From the IMG/VR virus record IMGVR_UViG_3300048817_000099: a stretch of DNA of 20,000 nt, one strand, 5' to 3'. The stretch's first letter is position 1. Each line of letters starts with the position of its first letter. Position numbers and translations under genes: made by a program. The notes beneath the pieces were generated by a model. It was not told the DNA's origin. It worked only from the letters and a program-made list of their open reading frames with translations, and did no database searches. Below are positions 1-8,325 of the stretch, piece after piece. Origin of the DNA: an uncultured virus (IMG/VR IMGVR_UViG_3300048817_000099) (Duplodnaviria; Heunggongvirae; Uroviricota; Caudoviricetes).

Positions 1-1
1 C

Positions 2-196
2 TCGGGGATACCGCCCTATCTCGGTGGGTTCAACATCCACCCAGACTGGGGAGTGAATCTCACCCAGATCCTCGGCATCAGCGCCTTCGGAGCAGCAACA
101 GATCACGGTTACGTAGTGAGCGTGCGAGGGGCCAACGGAATACCAGCGCAGTACGCGTTCACCCGGAACGGTCAGTACGCAACCCCCACGTCGTAA
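2..196 (+). CDS. 3' end of an upstream gene (partial); possibly the C-terminal cell-wall-binding part of an endolysin
   Basis: Frame 2 is open from the window edge to TAA at 194-196 (SGIPPYLGGFNIHPDWGVNLTQILGISAFGAATDHGYVVSVRGANGIPAQYAFTRNGQYATPTS*). The function is a guess from its position next to a membrane protein. Confidence 0.5.
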   Translation, partial: SGIPPYLGGFNIHPDWGVNLTQILGISAFGAATDHGYVVSVRGANGIPAQYAFTRNGQYATPTS

Positions 197-224
197 GGGA
201 CACTCCCCGCCGTAGGCAGGTGCG

Positions 225-548
225 GTGGGTACCATGAGTGCCACCATGACCGCCACTGTCGTCGCGTTCCGGCTGACCCCTGCCCTTTGGCTTGTACTGG
301 ACGTTTTCGCCGTCTTCAGGCTGACTCGCTTGGTCACTCGGGACACAATCACCGAGAAGCCCCGCCAGTGGGTCAAGCGGAACCTGGGGACAGCGGCGTT
401 TGATTTCTGTGAGTGCCCTTGGTGTACCTCGATTTGGCTGGCCATCGGCGTCGTCCTGCTGACGGTGTTCGCCCCGCACCAGTGGCAGTACGCGGCCTAT
501 GTCCTGGTCTGCTCGGCCGTCGCTGGCGTCCTCGCTGAGCGGTCCTGA
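225..548 (+). CDS. DUF1360-like small membrane protein (possible holin-like)
   Basis: RLTRLVTRDTI and CPWCTSIW motifs plus about three hydrophobic segments. TGA overlaps the portal ATG (TGATG). The start may be ATG 234. Confidence 0.75.
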   Translation: MGTMSATMTATVVAFRLTPALWLVLDVFAVFRLTRLVTRDTITEKPRQWVKRNLGTAAFDFCECPWCTSIWLAIGVVLLTVFAPHQWQYAAYVLVCSAVAGVLAERS

Positions 549-3500
549 TGGCGGGCAAAGAGCTCAGTACCCGCAACCGCCGGTTCCTACAGAGACTCCA
601 GAGGCAGGAGAAGCCGGTCGCTCACCGGGCGTTGACGGCGGCGGCCATGCCCATCAACCTGGCCAGCAAGACAGAGGCGCGGCGGATGCGGGTGTTGCGT
701 CAGGGCTGGCAGAATGACGCGGCCGCCTACGCGGATTCCATACCTGAGCTGAGTTTTGCTTATGAGTTCCTTGGTAACGCGTCGAGTCGAATGCGGTACT
801 TCCCCGCCTGTGTCAATCCCGAGGAGCCGGACGGACCGCCCATTCCCATCGCCGAGGTCCCCGGTATCCCCCAAGGCGTTGTTGACGTGGCCCACCAGGC
901 CATGAGTGCTCTTGGTATCGGTCGCCAGGCGGTGGCTCCGCTGCAGAAGTCATTGAGTTGGCAACTGGGCGTTCCCGGAGAAGCGTTCCTAGTGGGGATG
1001 AACGACCCGCAGGACGGCGACGAGCAATGGTCCATCCGCTCCATCGACGAGTTCATGATCTTCGATGACACTTACAAGTTGCGCGAGGTCCCGCTCGACC
1101 CGCAGGGCACGCTTGGGTGGATACCACTTGACCCGGCGACCACCTATGCGGCGCGGCTTTGGAATCCGTGGCATCGCTTCAACAAACTGGCCACCAGTCC
1201 GATGCGCGCTCTGCTCGACGTGAGCGAGGAACTGTTACTCCTGAGCCGTGATGTCCGTTCGGTAGCTCGTAGCCGTCTGACCGGCGGCGGCATCCTCAAG
1301 ATTCCCGAGGGCCTGCGCATGGCCCCCATCAACGAGGACGACGATGACCCCGAGTCCGAGGCGTGGTTCGGTCGGTTCGCTGAGGCGATGATGACCCCCA
1401 TCTCCGACGATGGCGTGGCCTCTGCCGTGGTGCCCATCGGCATCAGCGGCGACCCCGAGTCGCTGGCCCAGCTCGACCACCTCATCATCGACCGGCCCTA
1501 CTCGCCGTTGGCCATCGAACTGCGAGCCGAAGCTATTGGGAGAATCGCCACTGGACTCGATTTCCCCCGGGAGATTCTCGAGGGAATTGGTGACGTTAAC
1601 CACTGGCAACAGGATGAATTGACCGAAGTGTTCATTCAGGGGAAGGGATGGTGTCGCCATCAGCAGGTGGAGGTTGGAGATCAGGTTCTAGCGTTCCATG
1701 TTGAGGGTGGCACTACTAGTTATGAGACGGTTGCCGAAGTGCTGCGGGAAGAGGTGGTCGACCGGGACGTGGTTTCGATGGAGGGCCGCTATCATTCATC
1801 ACTGACCTCGTACGAGCACCGTTGGCCCGTATGGCACGGCGACCGATTCGTGTTCTGCCAGAGCAAGGATCTGATTAACAACCCACAATCAGGTCCGAAC
1901 AAGGCATATATGGTGCTTGGCGCTCCATACCAGTCGCCCGTGACGCCAGAATTCACCGACGCTGAAGTGGCCGTGATGGCGTGGTTGAGCACAGATGCTG
2001 ATGTGTACCGGCCGTGGGGCGGGCGAGAGCGCCTGCGGATTCGCCAGCGAAATGCCGAGAACGTCGCAGCTCTCCGAGGCATAGTCGCCGGGTTCGACCA
2101 TGTCGAGCGCCATGATGAGTCGGCGGAAGTGACCGTTTTCGAGTTGACAGCCGATGAGACGGAACGGTGGCTAAGTCTCGGCGAGCGCTTAGCAACTCGG
2201 TGGGTACCGACATTGTCCGTCATCCAACGGTTCACCCGGTCGCAACTGGAGTTGTTCCTGGTGACGTGTGAGCGGGCGAACGGCGGCACAAAAGCGAAGC
2301 GAACCGTATTTGCCATTGACCCGGCCCGGCTGGCTCCGGTTGAGCACGCCGCGGTTCTAGCTGGTTATCGGACGACGATTCGCCAGCGCAACCAGCAACA
2401 CGGCTTCGGTACCGAGCCGGTGTGGCGGATCACATGGGGTACCCGAACCCTGTTCGCACCCAACCGTGAGCATCACATCACGGAGACCACTTACACGGGG
2501 ACGCTGTGGTGTCTGAGCGTTCCGGTGGGCAAGTCGTTCCTAGCTCGGCGCAATGGTCATACGTTCTTCACTGGCAACTCTGGGATGCTCGTCAGCGACG
2601 AAACGTTCCGCCATCACATCGAACCGCAGGTAATCAAGCAGGTCGACTGCATGAGCGCGGGCTATCTCCGAGTCTGGTTGACGGCGGCGGGCATCCCGAA
2701 GTACTGGGTCGACCGTATCTGCGTTTGGTACGACCCGGTCGACCTCATCTCCAAGCCTGACCCGATGGCCAACGCCGTGCTCCTACACGACCGGTTCGCC
2801 ATCAGCAACGAGGCGCTCCGCGATGCCGGTGGGTTCAAGGAAAGCGACCAGCCCGGTGCACTCGAAATCGAGTTCCGGATGCTGCAGAAGACCCGCACGT
2901 TCCCCCCCAACATGGTGGAGGCCATCTTCCACAAGGTCGACCCCGAGCTGGCCTTCCCGCCCATCAATACCAGCGGCACTATCCCCGGCATCGGGCCGCA
3001 GGGCGAGATTCCAGCCGAGGCCCCGCAACCGGCTGCGCCAGCCGCCCCAGCGTTGCCACCCAGCGCCCCTCTACCTGCTTCCCCGGCCCCGGCACTGCCA
3101 CCCGAGGCCAGCGCCACACCCCCGATGACCGCGCCGACAGAAGCCTTCGCCACCCCACCGAACCCGACCCACGTCCGCCTGTCCCGCAAACTCACCGAAA
3201 TCGACAGCCAGCTCCGGGCCCGTATCCAGGTGGCCGCTTGTGCGGCTATGACCCGGCTGTTGGACAAGGCCGGCGCCAAGCTCCGGACCCGGGCCGCCGA
3301 CCGGAAGTTCAAGGACAGCGAAGTCAAGACCTTGGTGGCGGGACAGCCCGACAACCGCCTGGTGGCCTCCACCATCGGCCCGGCCCTGGTGGCTTCCCTC
3401 GGCTTCACAACCGCTCCTGAGCTACTGAGTGCGGACTGGAGCGAACTGAAGGCCCAGTTCATGGCCTGGACCGAGGCGGCCCAGAAACAGGCGCTCCGGG

Positions 3501-4177
3501 TGGCCATGCAACTGGCCGGCATCACCACCGAGGACGAGTCGTACCAGGCGGCCGATCTTGCCTTGTCCTCCAGCGTGGCCCCGGCCTGGGAGGTCATGGA
3601 GGCCGCGCTCAATGCCCTGGCCGAGAAGGTGCTCTACACGCCGGATGGCGACCTGGACCCAGGGGCGGCGTTCGACCCGAACAGCGTGGTGCCGATGGGG
3701 GTCGTGCGGAACGCCCTGACCATTGCCGGGGGGACACCGCCGCCGGACAACGTGGTCGACGTGAGCCAGCCAGTCGATGTAGGTACAGACCCGGCGGGAG
3801 CCATGGTGTCGGTGAACGTGCCCGGCCAGATTGGGAACGGGGACGCCATCTCGACTCTGTTGGATGACTCGGGGATGCAGGTTGTCACCTATGAATGGAT
3901 TCACGGGTCGGGTGGTCAGCATTCATTTGAACCGCATGAGGACCTGGACGGGGTGCCGTTCGCCAACTTCGATGACGATGTATTGTTGAACCCAGGCGAC
4001 TGGCCCGACGTGTCACATTTCAGTCCTGGCGATCATTTTTCGTGCACGTGCGATGCGGCCTCCATCTACGGTCCAGGTGACAGCGGCCCCGACATCCGGC
4101 CCGACCAAGGTCCGCAACTTTCCGACGACGAGGGCGGCTCCGAACCCGTCAGCCCCGATGCGGGAGGCGACGAGTGA
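548..4177 (+). CDS. Portal protein fused to a C-terminal MuF-like domain, containing an intein
   Basis: Actinophage portal motifs (WQNDA, RLWNPW..., SPMRALLD..EEL, SRL.GGGIL.IP, ASAVVPI, LRAEAI.RIA.GLD.P.EIL.G...NHW/S). A Pro/Ala linker follows, then the MuF-type C-terminus W..HG...H..LDG...PGDH..CTC (3890-4054). Confidence 0.9.
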   Translation: MAGKELSTRNRRFLQRLQRQEKPVAHRALTAAAMPINLASKTEARRMRVLRQGWQNDAAAYADSIPELSFAYEFLGNASSRMRYFPACVNPEEPDGPPIPIAEVPGIPQGVVDVAHQAMSALGIGRQAVAPLQKSLSWQLGVPGEAFLVGMNDPQDGDEQWSIRSIDEFMIFDDTYKLREVPLDPQGTLGWIPLDPATTYAARLWNPWHRFNKLATSPMRALLDVSEELLLLSRDVRSVARSRLTGGGILKIPEGLRMAPINEDDDDPESEAWFGRFAEAMMTPISDDGVASAVVPIGISGDPESLAQLDHLIIDRPYSPLAIELRAEAIGRIATGLDFPREILEGIGDVNHWQQDELTEVFIQGKGWCRHQQVEVGDQVLAFHVEGGTTSYETVAEVLREEVVDRDVVSMEGRYHSSLTSYEHRWPVWHGDRFVFCQSKDLINNPQSGPNKAYMVLGAPYQSPVTPEFTDAEVAVMAWLSTDADVYRPWGGRERLRIRQRNAENVAALRGIVAGFDHVERHDESAEVTVFELTADETERWLSLGERLATRWVPTLSVIQRFTRSQLELFLVTCERANGGTKAKRTVFAIDPARLAPVEHAAVLAGYRTTIRQRNQQHGFGTEPVWRITWGTRTLFAPNREHHITETTYTGTLWCLSVPVGKSFLARRNGHTFFTGNSGMLVSDETFRHHIEPQVIKQVDCMSAGYLRVWLTAAGIPKYWVDRICVWYDPVDLISKPDPMANAVLLHDRFAISNEALRDAGGFKESDQPGALEIEFRMLQKTRTFPPNMVEAIFHKVDPELAFPPINTSGTIPGIGPQGEIPAEAPQPAAPAAPALPPSAPLPASPAPALPPEASATPPMTAPTEAFATPPNPTHVRLSRKLTEIDSQLRARIQVAACAAMTRLLDKAGAKLRTRAADRKFKDSEVKTLVAGQPDNRLVASTIGPALVASLGFTTAPELLSADWSELKAQFMAWTEAAQKQALRVAMQLAGITTEDESYQAADLALSSSVAPAWEVMEAALNALAEKVLYTPDGDLDPGAAFDPNSVVPMGVVRNALTIAGGTPPPDNVVDVSQPVDVGTDPAGAMVSVNVPGQIGNGDAISTLLDDSGMQVVTYEWIHGSGGQHSFEPHEDLDGVPFANFDDDVLLNPGDWPDVSHFSPGDHFSCTCDAASIYGPGDSGPDIRPDQGPQLSDDEGGSEPVSPDAGGDE
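1607..2578 (+). mobile_element. Class 3 intein (324 aa) with degenerate LAGLIDADG endonuclease
   Basis: Inserted at NHW|SGML. Block A is QQDELTEVFIQGKGW (starts with Gln), block B TSYEHRW, block F LWCLSV and block G TFFTGN followed by +1 Ser. LAGLIDADG-like blocks are MAWLSTDA and FLVTCERANG. Confidence 0.9.
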
Positions 4178-4470
4178 CCAAAGACGACGACGTGGCAAAC
4201 GACGACGGTCGGGACTGGCGAACAATCGATATCGTCAACGACGGCGTGCTGTGGCTGGTGAACCGCACGGTGTTCCACCCACGGGGATATGCCCTCGCAT
4301 TCGACCCCGAGTCCGGCGAGTTCGGCATATACGGCGACGGGTCGGAGCCATGGCGATTTGAGATTGACGACGATGTAGAGCAGACACGGTTCGATGCCGT
4401 GCGTCGACTGATGGGTGGTCCGGTCCATGACACCGGACCCGAACTAAGGGAGAATGCACCCGATGACTGA
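4174..4470 (+). CDS. Hypothetical phage protein
   Basis: GTG start overlaps the portal stop (GTGA). The GVLWLVNRTVFHPRGYALA segment looks like a conserved small actinophage protein. Confidence 0.7.
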   Translation: MTKDDDVANDDGRDWRTIDIVNDGVLWLVNRTVFHPRGYALAFDPESGEFGIYGDGSEPWRFEIDDDVEQTRFDAVRRLMGGPVHDTGPELRENAPDD

Positions 4471-7276
4471 TCTATTGACCCGCGATGCCATCATCGCCAG
4501 CTTCAACGCCGAACAGGAACCGCTGACAGCCGCCGCGTTGAGCGTCAGTTACGAGACAATCACCCAGGAAGTCCGGGCGTACCTGGGCGCCGAGCCCTAT
4601 TGGGCGCTCATCTCCAAGGCCGACCGGGATAAGGCGGCATCGTCGGGCGCCGCGATGCCAGATGGTGGATTTCCGGTCCTTTCGTGCTCAGGTGAGAACT
4701 CGGTCGACTCGGCCATCCATGCCGTGGGGCGGGGCAGCGCCGGGCACAACGCAATCCGAAAGCACATCATGAAGCGGGCCTCGTCCCTCGGCTGTGCCTC
4801 GAAAATTCCCGACACCTGGGGGGAAGACGGCAGCATCAAGTCCGACTCGGCCGCCGAAGCCATCACGGCCGCAACGCCTCCACCGCCCCCACCGGCGGCT
4901 CCGGTGGCAAAGGCTCCGCCAGCACCGGGAGCGCCACCCGAGAAGCCCGCGCCCGATGCCAAGACCCCACCCAAGGCCGGCGAGGGTTCGGTAGCCGACG
5001 CCGAGGTCGACGCAGGTATGTCCGTCCACGTCGACACGGTGAACAAGGACATCGCCGCGGCCATCGCCCTGCAGAAGACCGACCCGGGCACGGACAGCGA
5101 GGCGGCCGACACCAAGGTCATGACGATTCTGGAGCAGATGCAGGCGCTGGGGAAGCAGCTCGCCGCCGCCCAGGACGCCGATGCCAGCGAGAACCCGCCG
5201 TCGAAGTCTGCGCCAGCTCCGCCCAAGACGCCACCTGCCGCCGACGCCCCACCTGCCAACGGGCCACCTGCTTCTGACCCGCCGCCGGTCATGGCCGAGG
5301 GCGCTCTTGGGGCCAGTTGTGACTGTGGGGCCGTGGGATGCACCAGCCAGCCTGGGTGCCCGGCCTGCGCCGACCACGTCTGCGCCTGCAGCACCATGAC
5401 CGCCGCTGGACCTCCGACGAGCTCGGAGACCCCAGGGAACGCCGTGGGCATTCCCAACGACGCCGACGACAACGGCCCTGGACCCGGCGACATCGAGGCC
5501 GACGTCATCTGCGAGAACCCCGACTGCGGGCACATGGCCGGCGTGCACCAGGACGACGCCGACCTGGGCGGCAACTCCGGAGCCTGCCAGACCCCGGGCT
5601 GCACCTGCCCGGGCATGATTCCCCCTGGCGACCAGGTGAACGGGCCGAGCGACGACACCCCAGTGGGCCAGGACGACGGTGGAGGCCCGAACAACGCCGG
5701 AGGGGACGACGACGCACCCGGCGTTCCCAAGATGGCCGCCGACTTCGCTCCGGGCGACATGCCGCCCATCGGTGGGGACGGACCGACCGCTCCCGCCCCC
5801 GACGCTCCCGAGATTGAGGGCGCACCGGCTCCCGAGCTACCCCCGTTGGACCCGAACCCGTCTATCACCGTGGGGCCAGCCTTCGCCATTCCCGTGGCCT
5901 GGATTGAGGGTGTGGAGACCGGGGACGGCCGGATGATCCAGCCCGGTGCCCTGACCTGGCGGACACCGCCGCTGCCCCTCATGGCCATGGTCACCAGTTC
6001 GCACGACCCGAGCGGCATGTCCCCCAACGACCCTGCTGTCTTGGTCGGGCGTATCGAGCAGATCAGCGTGGAAGGTACAAACGGGACGGCCAGCGGTCAT
6101 CTGTTGACCACCAAGCACGGCATGGACTTCGCCCAGGTTCTCGAGCAGATGGGCCGCTATGGGGTGTCCATCGACGTGGGCGACGCCGAAATCCAGCAAA
6201 CCGGAGTGCCGGACATCACGCTCCCGCCCGGCGCCAGCCAGTTCGACGCCCCCATCCTCGACGTGCTGGTCAAGGGCGTCGTGATGGCTATGACCGCCTG
6301 CCCGATGGCCGCGTTCCAGGGGGCCTACATGGTCCTGGGTGACGGGTCCAACATCCCCGACGCCAAGGTGCCTCCTGCTCCCGAAGGCTCGAACATGGCC
6401 ATCCACTACGTGGACGAGATCCCCTGTGTGCCCTGCGGCGATGACTCGCTGGTGGCCGCGGCCGTCGACAAGCCCTCGCTCCTACGCCCGCCCGGCGCCT
6501 GGTTCGGCAACCCCAACTTCGGCAAGGACGCCGATGGCAAGGAAATCGCCCCTCACCTCGACGACCGGCTGAGCGAGACCATCGACCCCAAGTCAGGCCG
6601 ACTGTCGGGCAAGTTCGCCTGCCCCATCACCATCACCGACGACGGCGAGGTCTTCGGTCACATCGCCCAGCACGGCGTGTGTCACCAGTCCCCGCAGTTC
6701 CTCAACAACGGCCAGTGCGTGCTGGCCCCGAGGAGCCTGGTCGACTACGCCGCCTTCCACGGCACGGGCAAGGTCATCACCGCCGAGGGGGAGATGATTG
6801 GGGTGGGCCGGATGACGGCCGACACCGGGCACGCTTCGGACTCCCCGGCCGTCGACTTCCGCCGGGCCCTCGCCCATTACGACAACTCGGGCCTGACCGC
6901 GGCCACGGTGCGAGCTGGCGAGGACGAGTTCGGTATCTGGGTCCACGGCTCGCTCCATCCGAGCACCAGTCCCGAGCAGGTCCACACCATGCGGGTCAAC
7001 CCGCCGTCGGGCGACTGGCGACCCTTCGGGGCCGGGCGTGAGCTCTGCCAGGTCCTGTTCGTCAACCACCCCGGGTTCCCGATGGTGGTGGCCGACAAGC
7101 GGCCCGCTACCGGCGAAATCACCCGACTGGTGGCCGCTGGCGTGCCCTGCTTCTCCCTGCCCGAGCCGGTGGCGCTGTCGCTGGAGGAGCGGGTGGCCAT
7201 GATGGAGCGGGCCAACAAGCCGCTGCTGGGCCTGGCCAAGGAGCAACTGCGCCACCGCAGGGCAGCCATCTCCTGA
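4463..7276 (+). CDS. Capsid maturation (prohead) protease, multidomain
   Basis: EGVETGDGRMI.PGALTWR..PLPLM, SSHD, VGRI, GVSID protease-domain motifs. C-terminal domain GHIA..GVCH...AHYDN...RAGEDEFGIWV.G...SGDWR...VN.PGFP. N-terminal AMPDGGFP...AI.AVGR...RKHI.KRA..LG...IP..W domain. AAGGGAG at 4446-4452 favours ATG 4463 over 4454. Confidence 0.85.
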   Translation: MTDLLTRDAIIASFNAEQEPLTAAALSVSYETITQEVRAYLGAEPYWALISKADRDKAASSGAAMPDGGFPVLSCSGENSVDSAIHAVGRGSAGHNAIRKHIMKRASSLGCASKIPDTWGEDGSIKSDSAAEAITAATPPPPPPAAPVAKAPPAPGAPPEKPAPDAKTPPKAGEGSVADAEVDAGMSVHVDTVNKDIAAAIALQKTDPGTDSEAADTKVMTILEQMQALGKQLAAAQDADASENPPSKSAPAPPKTPPAADAPPANGPPASDPPPVMAEGALGASCDCGAVGCTSQPGCPACADHVCACSTMTAAGPPTSSETPGNAVGIPNDADDNGPGPGDIEADVICENPDCGHMAGVHQDDADLGGNSGACQTPGCTCPGMIPPGDQVNGPSDDTPVGQDDGGGPNNAGGDDDAPGVPKMAADFAPGDMPPIGGDGPTAPAPDAPEIEGAPAPELPPLDPNPSITVGPAFAIPVAWIEGVETGDGRMIQPGALTWRTPPLPLMAMVTSSHDPSGMSPNDPAVLVGRIEQISVEGTNGTASGHLLTTKHGMDFAQVLEQMGRYGVSIDVGDAEIQQTGVPDITLPPGASQFDAPILDVLVKGVVMAMTACPMAAFQGAYMVLGDGSNIPDAKVPPAPEGSNMAIHYVDEIPCVPCGDDSLVAAAVDKPSLLRPPGAWFGNPNFGKDADGKEIAPHLDDRLSETIDPKSGRLSGKFACPITITDDGEVFGHIAQHGVCHQSPQFLNNGQCVLAPRSLVDYAAFHGTGKVITAEGEMIGVGRMTADTGHASDSPAVDFRRALAHYDNSGLTAATVRAGEDEFGIWVHGSLHPSTSPEQVHTMRVNPPSGDWRPFGAGRELCQVLFVNHPGFPMVVADKRPATGEITRLVAAGVPCFSLPEPVALSLEERVAMMERANKPLLGLAKEQLRHRRAAIS

Positions 7277-7506
7277 TGGAGGAGTGGAAGCACCCCGACC
7301 CCGGATGGTGGAAACGGGCGCCGATGTCCAAGTCAGCTTCGCCCTTCGACCTCTGCGACGAGTGCGGACATGTTCGGTTCCTGCACGGGAAGGGTTGCAT
7401 GTCAACCAGCGCTTCTCTCGACGCTCCCCGTGGGTACGGCTGCATCTGCTCGAACACCGCCACGTCGAACCGATGGCACCAGCCCGTATCCGTGATGACT
7501 GGCTGA
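7276..7506 (+). CDS. Small Cys/His-rich putative metal-binding protein
   Basis: ATG overlaps the protease stop (TGATG). Contains CDECGHVRFLH..C...CIC. Confidence 0.6.
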   Translation: MEEWKHPDPGWWKRAPMSKSASPFDLCDECGHVRFLHGKGCMSTSASLDAPRGYGCICSNTATSNRWHQPVSVMTG

Positions 7507-7574
7507 CAGCGGTGGGACGGCGCCGGTTGCCCGTCCCTCTCTGCGGTTGGTCAACGGCTGGTGAGCCTCCCGAC

Positions 7575-7706
7575 ATGCGACCCTGGTGGGTAGGGGCCGA
7601 ACAACCGCCGTCAGCGCCTCCGATGCCCAAGCGATGTCCGGTGTGCGGTGGCCGGATGATTGACGACTTCTGCTCGGCGTGCGATGCCGCGGCTAGGGGG
7701 TCCTAG
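7575..7706 (+). CDS. Small zinc-ribbon protein (43 aa)
   Basis: MRPWWVGAEQPPSAPPMPKRCPVCGGRMIDDFCSACDAAARGS with two CxxC motifs. GGTGAG lies 9 nt upstream of the ATG. Confidence 0.45.
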   Translation: MRPWWVGAEQPPSAPPMPKRCPVCGGRMIDDFCSACDAAARGS

Positions 7707-8095
7707 AAATTGCAGTTGCACCACTGGTGAGCGCCGCACTTCGGGCATGGGTAACAGGCAGCGCAGAGACCGAGCATGAACGGGTGCTCCGGTTTGTGAT
7801 GTAGCCACAGCCGCCATCCCTGGGCCTTGTGGCACTGCCACCACCAGTCGGGCTTCCAGAGGAAGTAGGGCCGCATGTGATAGCCGAACTTGAACAGACC
7901 CATGCGCTTCAGGTCCCACCGCAGGCGGTAGGGCAAGACATCACGCCACCGCGGGAGTTTGTAGACCGCCGGCCCGCCGCCGCTCCAACTGACCGAGCCA
8001 CCGCAGCTGGTGATGCCCGATACGTACAGGAACGAGGCGACGTGGCCTGTCAGACTCCACCGTGAGTAGTGCCAGCGGGGCGGCGGGTCAGTCAT
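7703..8095 (-). CDS. Hypothetical Trp-rich protein with C-terminal Cys cluster
   Basis: ORF from ATG 8095 (MTDPPPRW...) ending CAACYPCPKCGAHQWCNCNF. Its stop overlaps the convergent ORF. The ORF track extends it to GTG 8251. Confidence 0.55.
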   Translation of the reverse strand: MTDPPPRWHYSRWSLTGHVASFLYVSGITSCGGSVSWSGGGPAVYKLPRWRDVLPYRLRWDLKRMGLFKFGYHMRPYFLWKPDWWWQCHKAQGWRLWLHHKPEHPFMLGLCAACYPCPKCGAHQWCNCNF

Positions 8096-8111
8096 CGGGC
8101 CTCTTCGGGGA

Positions 8112-8243
8112 TCAATCCCACGTCGCTTCCTCCGCCGCCATGAAGTTCCATAGTCCGCAATGGCGGGATGGCCGCTCGGTGCAATCTTCGGGCGTCGTTT
8201 CACCGCATTCACAACGTTCCGGTTCGTCCTCGTAGGCCTCCAT
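8112..8243 (-). CDS. Small acidic Cys-containing protein
   Basis: MEAYEDEPERCECGETTPEDCTERPSRHCGLWNFMAAEEATWD* (alternative ATG at 8255). Lies directly downstream of the predicted leftward promoter; below the ORF-track cutoff. Confidence 0.5.
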   Translation of the reverse strand: MEAYEDEPERCECGETTPEDCTERPSRHCGLWNFMAAEEATWD

Positions 8244-8256
8244 ATCCTCACCCATA

Positions 8257-8284
8257 ATCGTAAACGTTAGCGCTGTTTGGTCAA
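8257..8284 (-). promoter_or_regulatory. Putative SigA-type leftward promoter
   Basis: TTGACC-N16-TACGAT on the minus strand in an AT-richer intergenic gap. Confidence 0.55.
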
Positions 8285-8290
8285 GGGTGC

Positions 8291-8319
8291 TTGATTTCCC
8301 AGTTTGGGCAGGTCACACT
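8291..8319 (+). promoter_or_regulatory. Putative rightward promoter for the capsid/tail genes
   Basis: TTGATT-N17-CACACT. The -10 box is flanked by the inverted repeat GGCAG/CTGCC (8307-8325). Confidence 0.45.
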
Positions 8320-8325
8320 TCTGCC

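Noticed and set aside
2662..7630. Long minus-strand ORFs (2662-3612, 4597-6027, 6593-7630 and similar)
   Set aside because: These are shadow frames of high-GC coding genes, with low-complexity translations and no motifs.
8255..8263. First array dinucleotides concatenated (TTACGATTA) match the leftward promoter -10 region
   Set aside because: Only 9 nt match and it does not extend, which is compatible with chance. The gapped pattern TTnACnGA seen at 1619, 1952 and 11167 also fails at the next pair.
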